From contig DATFHC010000176.1 in NCBI GenBank assembly GCA_035248765.1, forward strand, positions 1,245-65,244: a stretch of 64,000 nucleotides of DNA, read 5' to 3'. The position numbers and the translations under genes were made by a program. The stretch's first letter is position 1, and each line of letters starts with the position of its first letter. The notes below the pieces were generated by a model. It did no database searches. It was not told the origin of the DNA and saw only the letters and a list, made by a program, of their open reading frames with translations. Below are positions 41,347 to 49,280 of this stretch, one piece after another. Source of the DNA: Gaiellaceae bacterium (GTDB lineage: Bacteria > Actinomycetota > Thermoleophilia > Gaiellales > Gaiellaceae).

Positions 41347-41735
41347 GCCCAGAACCGCTCGAACGCCGAGTCGAGCGGCACCGCGGTCACTTCCTGCCAG
41401 AGACCGTCGGCGATCCGGATCACGAGCGCCTGATCGACGTCGAGGTCGATCCCGTTGCGGCTGCCCGCGGCGCGGTAGATCGCCACGGCCCAGTCGTCGT
41501 CCGCGAACACGGTGTGGAGCCGGCTGCGGTAGGTGCCGCCCGTCTCGAGCCCCGTGCGGCGCAGGAAGTCGACGACGTCGCGCCGCCCGCGGTACTCGCC
41601 GCTCATCACGGTGTGACCCGGGACGCGCCAAACGATGTCGCGCGCGAAGGCCGCCGAGACCGCCATCGCGTCCTTGCCGAACGCGGCGAAAACCCGCCGC
41701 ACGAGCGCACCGTTGGGATGTTCCGTGTCGCTCAC
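41343..41735 (-). CDS. SnoaL/NTF2-like fold protein
   Basis: 130 aa. The sequence pattern is typical of small NTF2-like proteins. It is the last gene of the pdtaS operon (GTGA overlap). Confidence 0.65.
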   Translation of the reverse strand: MSDTEHPNGALVRRVFAAFGKDAMAVSAAFARDIVWRVPGHTVMSGEYRGRRDVVDFLRRTGLETGGTYRSRLHTVFADDDWAVAIYRAAGSRNGIDLDVDQALVIRIADGLWQEVTAVPLDSAFERFWA

Positions 41736-42304
41736 GCCTCGCCGCCGAGCGTCGTGACCACTGCTTCCGCGATCACCTTGAGCGAGCGGCCCGAGGCCTG
41801 GCTCGCCTTACGCAGCCGCGCGAAAGCCTCCTGCTCGTTGAGCTCCTCCTTCTCCATCAGGAGCCCCTTGGCCCGCTCGATCACCTTCCGCGCCGCGAGA
41901 GCGTCGGCGAGCGACTCGGCCTCCGCGCGTAACGCCTGCAGCTCGTCGTGCCTCGCGCGTGCGGCGGCGATCGCGGGGAGGAGGTCCTGCTCGCGGAAGG
42001 GCTTCACGAGGTAGCCGAAGACACCGGCCTCGACGGCCCGCGAGACGAGCTCGTCCTGGCCGTACGCCGTAAGCATCACGATCGGGATCGGCCGCTCATC
42101 GAGGATCCGTCGAGCCGCCTCGATCCCGTCGAGCTTCGGCATCTTCACGTCGAGCACCGCGAGATCCGGCTCCTCGGAGCGCGCGAGCTCGACCGCTTCC
42201 TCGCCGTCCTTCGCCTCGGCGCAGATTTCGAAGCCGGCCCGCTCGAGGAGGTCGCGCAGGTCGAGCCGGATGATCGTCTCGTCTTCGGCCACGAGGATCC
42301 TCAC
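41732..42304 (-). CDS. pdtaR: ANTAR-domain response regulator (PdtaR-like)
   Basis: 190 aa. Receiver domain (LAVLDVKMPKLDG, YLVKPF) plus ANTAR (RKVIERAKGLLMEKEELNEQEAFARLRKASQ). Confidence 0.9.
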   Translation of the reverse strand: MRILVAEDETIIRLDLRDLLERAGFEICAEAKDGEEAVELARSEEPDLAVLDVKMPKLDGIEAARRILDERPIPIVMLTAYGQDELVSRAVEAGVFGYLVKPFREQDLLPAIAAARARHDELQALRAEAESLADALAARKVIERAKGLLMEKEELNEQEAFARLRKASQASGRSLKVIAEAVVTTLGGEA

Positions 42305-42807
42305 GGCCGCATCGCGTTTCTGAGCCGGATCCCGCTGAAGTCAAGCGTCGTCTCGATGACCTCGTCCCAGAGCGGATAGAGCGTCGGCGCGATGCGTAGC
42401 TCGTTCCCCGCGTCGGCGTGGCGCGCGAGCAGGTCTCCGAGCTCCACGACCCCGAGTGGGACGACGGCCTCGCGCGAGACGAAGAACTTGTCCCACGGCG
42501 CGAACTTCTCGGGAGGAAGGCGATACGCGTAGACCTGTGCTCCGCGGAAGCGCGCGAGCCAGGCAGTCTCGATGACGGCGACGCGCCTCGTCCGGTCGCC
42601 GTCGAGCCAGCGGACGACGTCCTCGTCCGCTGTCTCGTCGTTCGCCTCGAAGCAGGCGCGCGGGCAGTCGCGCGGGAACCAATAGAGCCACTGGTAGTGG
42701 GAGTCCACCGCCCAGACGAGCGCGTCGCCAAGCGCATGCAGCTCGTTCCGGTGCGGATGGAAGACCTCGATCGATGAGTCCTCGCTGATGTGCCAGAGCT
42801 CGCTCAC
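42301..42807 (-). CDS. conserved hypothetical protein
   Basis: 168 aa from the GTG at 42807 (GTGA overlap with the NUDIX stop). Contains WAVDSHYQWLYWFPRDCPR. I cannot assign a function. Confidence 0.65.
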   Translation of the reverse strand: MSELWHISEDSSIEVFHPHRNELHALGDALVWAVDSHYQWLYWFPRDCPRACFEANDETADEDVVRWLDGDRTRRVAVIETAWLARFRGAQVYAYRLPPEKFAPWDKFFVSREAVVPLGVVELGDLLARHADAGNELRIAPTLYPLWDEVIETTLDFSGIRLRNAMRP

Positions 42808-43202
42808 GGCAGGGACCGCAGCAGCGCGGCGGGCTCGGGCCAGAAGAGAAGCTCGGCCGCTTCGTCGCGTGGCAGCCACCGGTAGGCGTCGTGCTCCTCG
42901 TTGAGCACCGGCTCCCAACCCAGCTCGACGTCGACAAGAAACGCTTCCACGTGCACACGCAGCCCAGGCTCGTCTTCCCACGACTCCCGCGTGTAGGCGA
43001 ACTCACCGAGGGGCTGCAGCTCGTTCACCTCGAGACCCGTCTCCTCGCGCAGCTCACGTACGGCCGCGGCGAGGAATTCTTCGCCGGCCTCGACTGTGCC
43101 CGCGATCGTGTGCCAGTAGGCGCCGCTGTCGGGCGAGCGGTGGGCGACGAGGAACTCGTTGCCACGTCGGACGTGGATCAGCACCTCGGACCATTCGCTC
43201 AC
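42804..43202 (-). CDS. NUDIX hydrolase
   Basis: 132 aa. Nudix box GTVEAGEEFLAAAVRELREETGL. Confidence 0.88.
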   Translation of the reverse strand: MSEWSEVLIHVRRGNEFLVAHRSPDSGAYWHTIAGTVEAGEEFLAAAVRELREETGLEVNELQPLGEFAYTRESWEDEPGLRVHVEAFLVDVELGWEPVLNEEHDAYRWLPRDEAAELLFWPEPAALLRSLP

Positions 43203-44593
43203 GCCGGAAACACCACCTCAGCTCGCGCTCCCGCGAACGCGAAAGTCCCCTGCAGCTCGTCGGCGACGAGAGCGCGGACGATTGAGAGCCCCGTGCCGGT
43301 CGAGGTGCCGTCTGCGCCCGATCCTTCGTCGGCGATCGCGAGGACAACCTCGCGATCCCGTCGCGCGAGCTCGATCCGCACCGCGCCGGCGCCGTGCTCG
43401 AGCGCGTTCTGGAGCAACTCGGAGAACACGAGCGCGAGCGCGGTCGCACGGGTGCCGGCGAGCGACACGGGCTCGAGTTGGGCGTGGACGTCGCGTCCGC
43501 CGCCGAGCCCCTGTACCAGCATCGCGCGCAGCCTGTCGATCAGCTCCGCGAGCTCGACGTCCTCCTCGCGCTGCTCGGTCAGCGCCTCATGCACAGCGGC
43601 GATCGCGAGGATCCGGTTGACCGAGTGCTCCAGCGCCTCGCGCGGATCGACCCCCTCGGCGCGCGCCTGCAGGCGCAGCAGGGACGCGACCGTTTGCAGG
43701 TTGTTCTTGACGCGGTGGTGGATCTCCTGGGCGAGTACGCCGCGCATCACCGCGCGTCCGTGCTCGAGCGCGACGGCCGCATGGTGGGCGATCGCCTCGA
43801 GGAGCGCCCGCTCCTCGTCGGTGAAGGGCACGTCCTTGTCGGCGACGAGCTGACCGATCTCGCGCCGCTTCCAGCGGAGGGGGGTACGGACGGCGTGCGC
43901 GCCGGCGCGTCCCTCCGGCCAGGCGATCCGCCCATCCTCGAGCACGAGCGCCGCACCTGTGGCGTGCACCGCGTCCATCGTCGTCTTGACGATTGCTTCG
44001 AGCGACTCCTCGAGGTAGAGGGATTCCGACACGGCTTCGGAGATGCGGGCCAGCGCTTCGAGCTCGGCCACCCGCCGCTGCGCTTCGGCGTAGAGCTGCG
44101 CGTGGACGATCGACTGCGCGACCTGTCCCGCAATCGCTTGCAGCAGCTCGATCTCGTCCGGCCGGAACTCGCGCGGCTTGCGTGTACGGACGTTGAGTGC
44201 GCCTGCGAGCTGCTCGCGCGCGAGGATCGGGACGGCGAGGATCGACTCGTACTCCGATTCCGGCAGGTTCGGGAACTCCTTCCAGCGCGGGTCGAGGTCG
44301 GCGTTGGCCGCGATAGCGACGGGGCGCAGCTCGGCGGCTGCCGTCCCCGTGATGCCCTCGCCGGGGCGGAGGCGCGGGCGGCGCGTCATCTCGTCGAGCG
44401 GTGTCCCGTGGGTCGCGCGGAGCACGAGCTCCCCCGCGGTCTCGTCGTAGAGGTAGACAAAGCAGGCGTCGGCGTGGAGCGCGGCCGCGACTTCGTTGGC
44501 GACGAGGTGGAGCACCTCTTCGAGGTCGAGCGTCGAGTTGACGGTGGCGATCGTCTCGGTTAGGAGCCGCAGGTGGCGCTCGGTCGCTTGCAC
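43199..44593 (-). CDS. pdtaS: soluble GAF/PAS histidine kinase, PdtaS-like (HisKA_2)
   Basis: 464 aa with no TM segment. N-terminal GAF domain, a second sensory domain, and the H-box EIHHRVKNNLQTVASLL typical of the HisKA_2/PdtaS class. Confidence 0.85.
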   Translation of the reverse strand: MQATERHLRLLTETIATVNSTLDLEEVLHLVANEVAAALHADACFVYLYDETAGELVLRATHGTPLDEMTRRPRLRPGEGITGTAAAELRPVAIAANADLDPRWKEFPNLPESEYESILAVPILAREQLAGALNVRTRKPREFRPDEIELLQAIAGQVAQSIVHAQLYAEAQRRVAELEALARISEAVSESLYLEESLEAIVKTTMDAVHATGAALVLEDGRIAWPEGRAGAHAVRTPLRWKRREIGQLVADKDVPFTDEERALLEAIAHHAAVALEHGRAVMRGVLAQEIHHRVKNNLQTVASLLRLQARAEGVDPREALEHSVNRILAIAAVHEALTEQREEDVELAELIDRLRAMLVQGLGGGRDVHAQLEPVSLAGTRATALALVFSELLQNALEHGAGAVRIELARRDREVVLAIADEGSGADGTSTGTGLSIVRALVADELQGTFAFAGARAEVVFPA

Positions 44594-44613
44594 CAGCCTA
44601 TCGTAGGAGGGTC

Positions 44614-45084
44614 GTGGCGCTGACCCACGTCCTGCTCTTCTTCCACCTGCTCGGAGCTGTCTCGTTCTTCGCCGGAGCCTCGGTCGTGGGGACGCTCCAG
44701 CTCGCGGCGATCCGGCGTGAGCGGCCGAGCGAGGTGTACGCGCTTCTGCGCCTAGCGCCGGTCGGCGCGGGGCTCGTCGGAGTCGGCGCGTTGCTCACGC
44801 TCGGCTTCGGGATCGCGCTCGCCGAGCACGAGGGACTCGGTCTCTCGCCGGCGTGGATCCGGGCAGCGCTGGGGCTGTGGGTCGCGAGCGTGCTGGTGGG
44901 CGGCTACGGAGGCCGGACTGCGCGGCAGGCGCGACACCTCGCAGCGCGGCTGGCGGCGGAGGGCAACGCGCCGAGCCCGGAGCTCCGCCTGCTCATCGCG
45001 GCGCGCGGGCCGCTCTGGGCGAGCTACGCGAGCGGACTGATGCTGGTTGCGATCCTCGCGCTCATGGTCTGGCAGCCGGCCTGA
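44614..45084 (+). CDS. integral membrane protein (DUF2269-like, 4 TM)
   Basis: 156 aa with four hydrophobic helices and high GC3. Confidence 0.65.
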   Translation: MALTHVLLFFHLLGAVSFFAGASVVGTLQLAAIRRERPSEVYALLRLAPVGAGLVGVGALLTLGFGIALAEHEGLGLSPAWIRAALGLWVASVLVGGYGGRTARQARHLAARLAAEGNAPSPELRLLIAARGPLWASYASGLMLVAILALMVWQPA

Positions 45085-45098
45085 CCGCTGCTGGGCTT

Positions 45099-45130
45099 CG
45101 AACTTCCCTTGTGACAGTCTGTTACAAGGG
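45099..45130. repeat. palindromic repeat copy 3 (core GTGACAGTCTGTTAC, 45111-45125)
   Basis: CCCTTGTGACAGTCTGTTACAAGGG is a 25-nt palindrome with one mismatch. Positions 45099-45125 match copy 1 (28897-28923) at 24 of 27 nt. Confidence 0.9.
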
Positions 45131-45187
45131 TCTTCTTCGGCTGGAGAGGACTGGTCCGCGCATGGAGTAACGACGCCTTCCTGCGCA

Positions 45188-45210
45188 CCTCGTAACAGTC
45201 TGTTACGAGG
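45188..45210. repeat. palindromic repeat copy 4 (core GTAACAGTCTGTTAC, 45192-45206)
   Basis: CCTCGTAACAGTCTGTTACGAGG is a perfect 23-nt palindrome, 19 nt beyond the antiporter stop. Confidence 0.9.
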
Positions 45211-45225
45211 AAGGACCTGGCCGCT

Positions 45226-46284
45226 CTAGTGGGGCACGGCGAAGAGGCCGGCGATGCCGAGACCGAAAAACGCGAGCGCAAGGAGCGAGTCCGGCCCGAG
45301 CCGGAAGCGGCAATGCATCGGCCGGCTGATCACGCCGAAGCCGTAGATCGCCGTTAGGGCGACCCCGAGCGCGGCGAGCCAGGCGTTCAGAGCTCCCGCC
45401 GAGGGGAGAACCGGCTTGCCGGCGACGACGTCGGCGACGAGGAACAGGCAGACCTGGAAGGCGTTGCCGCCGAAGACGTCGCCCATCGCGAGCGCGTGGT
45501 CGCCCAGCCGCACCGCCGCGACGCCGGAGGAGATCTCCGGCAGCGCGGTCGCGGCCGCCAGCACCGTCGCCCCGAAGATCACGCCGTTGACGCTGAGCCG
45601 GCTGGCGAGGTCATTACCGCTCACCTCGAGGGCGACGCCGGCGCCCAGCGTCACGAGGCACGCGAGCCCGAAGATGCCCGCGACCCGACCGGTGGACGAG
45701 CCGGCATAGGGATGCGGCTGATCCGGGTGCGCTCGCTCGCCGCGATGGCGACCGGGACGGCTGCCGGGCATCTCGACGCTCCAGCGCGGATCCTTCGCCG
45801 CGCGCTGGATCGTGTAGAGACCGACCATCCAGACGACGACGATCCCGAGCGAGGCCGGGCTGATACGGCCCGCGATCGCCGTCGAGGACTTCAACAGCGC
45901 TCCCATCTCGACCCCGGCCACGACGACGATCACGAGCAGTCCTTCGAGCACCGGTGTGAGCCGGCCGACGAGGTATGTGAGCGGCCGCTGCGGGCCGACA
46001 ACGATGTCGCAAACGACGAGCACCATCGTCTGGATCGCGATCCCGCCGATCAGGTTCCCGGCCGCGAGCTGGAGGTTCCCCTGAGACGCGGCCGAGATCG
46101 TGATCGCAAGCTCCGGCAGGCTCCCCGCCACCGAGAGCAGCACGAGTCCGCCGAGCTCGTCGCCGAGCCCGAGCCGCGCATCGAGCGCATCCGTCGCCTT
46201 CGAGAGCGAGATGCCGGCTACCCACGTCGCTGCCGCGGCGGCGAGAAAGATCAGGAGGAGAAGAGGCGAGCCGAGCCCGGCCAC
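45226..46284 (-). CDS. CaCA-family cation/calcium antiporter
   Basis: 352 aa. Multi-TM protein with two alpha-repeat motifs (GSLPELAITISAA and ATALPEISSGVAAV). Confidence 0.85.
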   Translation of the reverse strand: MAGLGSPLLLLIFLAAAAATWVAGISLSKATDALDARLGLGDELGGLVLLSVAGSLPELAITISAASQGNLQLAAGNLIGGIAIQTMVLVVCDIVVGPQRPLTYLVGRLTPVLEGLLVIVVVAGVEMGALLKSSTAIAGRISPASLGIVVVWMVGLYTIQRAAKDPRWSVEMPGSRPGRHRGERAHPDQPHPYAGSSTGRVAGIFGLACLVTLGAGVALEVSGNDLASRLSVNGVIFGATVLAAATALPEISSGVAAVRLGDHALAMGDVFGGNAFQVCLFLVADVVAGKPVLPSAGALNAWLAALGVALTAIYGFGVISRPMHCRFRLGPDSLLALAFFGLGIAGLFAVPH

Positions 46285-46349
46285 GCCGAAACGATGCGGG
46301 CGGCGGCGGACGGAGCAGGAAGCGCCCGCCGCCGCCTCACATCAGCGGC

Positions 46350-47702
46350 CTACAGAACCGCGAGGTACTTCTTCATCTCCCAGTCGGTGAGCTGCACGCG
46401 GTACTCGTCCCATTCCGACCGCTTCAGCTCGACGTAGCGGTCGAAGATGTGAGGGCCGAGCGCCTTGCGCATGAGCTCCGACTGCGAGAGTTCGTCGATC
46501 GCCTCGCCGAGCGTCTCGGGCAGAGAGACGATGCCGCGCTCACGGCGCTGCTCGGCCGTGAGGTGGTAGAGGTTCGTCTCCATCGGGTCGGGCAGCTCGT
46601 AGCCCTTCTCGATTCCCTCGAGGCCGGCGTGCAGGAGCGCCGCGAAGGTGAGGTACGGGTTGCACGCCGGATCCGGGCAGCGGATCTCGGCGCGCGTCGC
46701 CTGCTCGGAGCCCGGCTTGTAGAGCGGGATCCGGATCAGGGCGGAGCGGTTCCGCTGCGACCACGCGACGTAGACAGGCGCCTCGTAACCCGGCACGAGC
46801 CGCTTGTACGAGTTCACCCACTGTGCGAAGACAGCCGACAGCTCGCGCGCATGCCGGAGCTGGCCGGCGATGAATGCCTTGGCGACGTCGGAGAGATGCC
46901 ACTTGTCGTCCTCGTCGAAGAACGTGTTGCGACCGTCGGTGAAGAGCGACATGTGCGTGTGCATCCCCGAGCCGTTCTCGCCGAAGAGCGGCTTCGGCAT
47001 GAAGGTCGCGTGGTAGCCGTGCTGCTTCGCGATCTCCTTCACGACGAGCCGGTACGTGAGCATGTAGTCGGCCATGTCGAGGGCACCGGCGTAGCGGATG
47101 TCGATCTCATGCTGGGACGGCCCGACCTCGTGATGGTGGTACTCGACCGGGATGCCCATCGACTCGAGCGCGCGGATCGTGTCGCGGCGGACGCCGGTTG
47201 CCGCGTCCATCGTCGTCTGCGCGAAGTAGCCGCCTTCGTCGAGGGTCTCGGTGCCGCTCTCGTCCTTGAACAGGAAGTACTCGGCCTCCGGGCCGACGTT
47301 GAACGTGTCGAAGCCCATCGCCTCCATGCGGTCGAGCGCCCGCCGGAGGGCGTAGCGCGGATCGCCGGCGTACGGCTCGCCGTCCGGCGTGACGACGTCG
47401 CAGATCATCCGCGCCGTGCGGCCGTCGGGCAGCACCCGGAAGGTCTCCGGATCGGGAATCGCGACCATGTCCGACTCCTCGATCGCGTTGAAGCCGGTGA
47501 TCGACGAGCCGTCGAAGCCCATTCCGTCGTCGAGCGCGCCCTCGACCTCCCCGATCGTGATTGCGAAGCTCTTGAGGTGCCCTTCGAGGTCGGTGAACCA
47601 CAGCAGGACGTCCTCGATGCCGCGGGCCTCGATTTCCTCGACGACGTCTCTGCGTGCCCCCGGATCCGACGTTGCCCGGTTCCTGCTCTCCACGTAACTC
47701 AT
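46350..47702 (-). CDS. glnA: glutamine synthetase type I
   Basis: 450 aa from the ATG at 47702, preceded by GGGAGGGAG. Motifs FDGSSI, NGSGMHTHMS and NRSALIRIP. Confidence 0.93.
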   Translation of the reverse strand: MSYVESRNRATSDPGARRDVVEEIEARGIEDVLLWFTDLEGHLKSFAITIGEVEGALDDGMGFDGSSITGFNAIEESDMVAIPDPETFRVLPDGRTARMICDVVTPDGEPYAGDPRYALRRALDRMEAMGFDTFNVGPEAEYFLFKDESGTETLDEGGYFAQTTMDAATGVRRDTIRALESMGIPVEYHHHEVGPSQHEIDIRYAGALDMADYMLTYRLVVKEIAKQHGYHATFMPKPLFGENGSGMHTHMSLFTDGRNTFFDEDDKWHLSDVAKAFIAGQLRHARELSAVFAQWVNSYKRLVPGYEAPVYVAWSQRNRSALIRIPLYKPGSEQATRAEIRCPDPACNPYLTFAALLHAGLEGIEKGYELPDPMETNLYHLTAEQRRERGIVSLPETLGEAIDELSQSELMRKALGPHIFDRYVELKRSEWDEYRVQLTDWEMKKYLAVL

Positions 47703-47793
47703 TCTCCCTCCCGAATCGGTCGTAGAAATGCAAAAAGCCCCGGCCGCCACCTGATGTGGAGACCGAGGCTTCGTCGCCTCAAATGTCGCCCGG

Positions 47794-47801
47794 ATTATAG
47801 A
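47794..47801. promoter_or_regulatory. candidate -10 elements in the glnA/spoIID-like divergent region
   Basis: A perfect TATAAT on the minus strand (47794-47799), about 90 nt upstream of the glnA ATG. An overlapping TATAGA on the plus strand lies 47 nt upstream of the 47848 ATG. This is a local AT-rich patch. Confidence 0.3.
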
Positions 47802-47847
47802 GGACGTCCGGACGGATAGGACGCTACCCTCAAAAAGAGCTCTCCGC

Positions 47848-49260
47848 ATGGCCCGGACTCTCGCCGCCCTTTCCGCCCTTGTCGTCGCCGTCACCCTCGT
47901 CGCGGCGCCGCACGCGGCGCGCTCGCGCAGCGCCAAGCAGTACGTCGCGCCGGCCGGCTCGGGCGCCCTCTTCCTCATCAGCGGACACGGCTACGGGCAC
48001 GGCGTGGGCATGGGGCAGTGGGGTGCGCAGGGCTACGCGCTGCAGGGCTACACGGACGACCAGATCCTCGCCGCGTACTACCCCGGCACGATCGCCGGCC
48101 AGACGACGGCGACCTCGATCCGCGTGCTGCTCGCGAACGGGAAGAAGGCGCTGACGATCTCCTCCCGCAAGGCGATCGCGGTCGAGGACGGCGACGGGAT
48201 CGAGCACACGCTCCCGTCCGGGAACACGGCGCTCACGCCCGCGCTCGAGCTTCCTGTGGACGGCGGGGCGCCGCAGGCTCTCTCGCCGCCGCTCACGTTC
48301 TCGCCGGCGGCCGGGTCGACGCTGACGCTCGGCCGCGCGTATCGCGGACAGCTCGTCGTCGACGTCGTGAACGGGAAGCTCCGTGCGATCAACACCCTGC
48401 CGCTCGAGCAGTACCTGTACGGCGTCGTTCCGGCAGAGATGCCGTCCACCTGGCTGCCCGCGGCGCTCGAGTCGCAAGCGGTCGCTGCGCGGTCGTACGC
48501 TCTCGCCAGCCGCCGCGGTGGGGCCGCGTTCGACGTCTACGCCGACGGGCGCAGCCAGGCGTATCTCGGAGTGTCCGTCGAGACGCCGGCTGCGACGGAG
48601 GCGGTGGACGAGACCGCCGGCGAGGTGCTGCTCTACAACGGCAACGTTGCGGACACGCTGTTCTCGTCGAGCACCGGCGGCCAGACGCAGTCGGCGGCCG
48701 ATGCCTTCGGGCCGCCCGGTCGGCCGTATCTCGTCTCGGTGATCGATCCGTACGACGGAATCTCCCCGTACCACGACTGGGGGCCGGTTCCGGTCACCGG
48801 CAGCACGCTCGCACATGCCTTCCGCGTCTCCGGACGCGTCATGGACGCGACGGTCAAGCGCAACCCCTCGCGGCGCGCCAAAACCGTCACGATCACGTCG
48901 CTATCCCACGGGGCGACGGTCGCCGCGCCGGTCGGCGGCGTAGCGGCTCAAACGGGGCTCGGACTCCGCTCGACCTGGTTCAGCATCGGCGTGCTCTCGC
49001 TCCAGCCTCCCGCTCCCAACCCGATCGTGGCGTCCGGTACGAGAGTGGTGCTCACCGGCGTCGTGCGAGGGGTTCGAGGCGTCGTCGTGCAGGAGCGAAC
49101 AGCGAGAACGTCGTGGAAGCCGTTCAAGTCGATCGCCCCAACTGCGAAGACGGGCGCCTTCCGCCTGGTCGTCAAGCCAAGCGCGACGACCGACTACCGG
49201 CTGGCGACTGCGCAGGACGCGGCAGCATTTGTGCGCATCCGCGTAGAGACAAGCGGCTGA
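47848..49260 (+). CDS. SpoIID/LytB-domain protein (secreted)
   Basis: 470 aa. Signal peptide present. Motifs GHGYGHGVGMGQWGAQG, LEQYLYGVVPAEMP and FSSSTGGQT. Confidence 0.88.
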   Translation: MARTLAALSALVVAVTLVAAPHAARSRSAKQYVAPAGSGALFLISGHGYGHGVGMGQWGAQGYALQGYTDDQILAAYYPGTIAGQTTATSIRVLLANGKKALTISSRKAIAVEDGDGIEHTLPSGNTALTPALELPVDGGAPQALSPPLTFSPAAGSTLTLGRAYRGQLVVDVVNGKLRAINTLPLEQYLYGVVPAEMPSTWLPAALESQAVAARSYALASRRGGAAFDVYADGRSQAYLGVSVETPAATEAVDETAGEVLLYNGNVADTLFSSSTGGQTQSAADAFGPPGRPYLVSVIDPYDGISPYHDWGPVPVTGSTLAHAFRVSGRVMDATVKRNPSRRAKTVTITSLSHGATVAAPVGGVAAQTGLGLRSTWFSIGVLSLQPPAPNPIVASGTRVVLTGVVRGVRGVVVQERTARTSWKPFKSIAPTAKTGAFRLVVKPSATTDYRLATAQDAAAFVRIRVETSG

Positions 49261-49280
49261 ACTGCGGCTACTTTGAGAGG

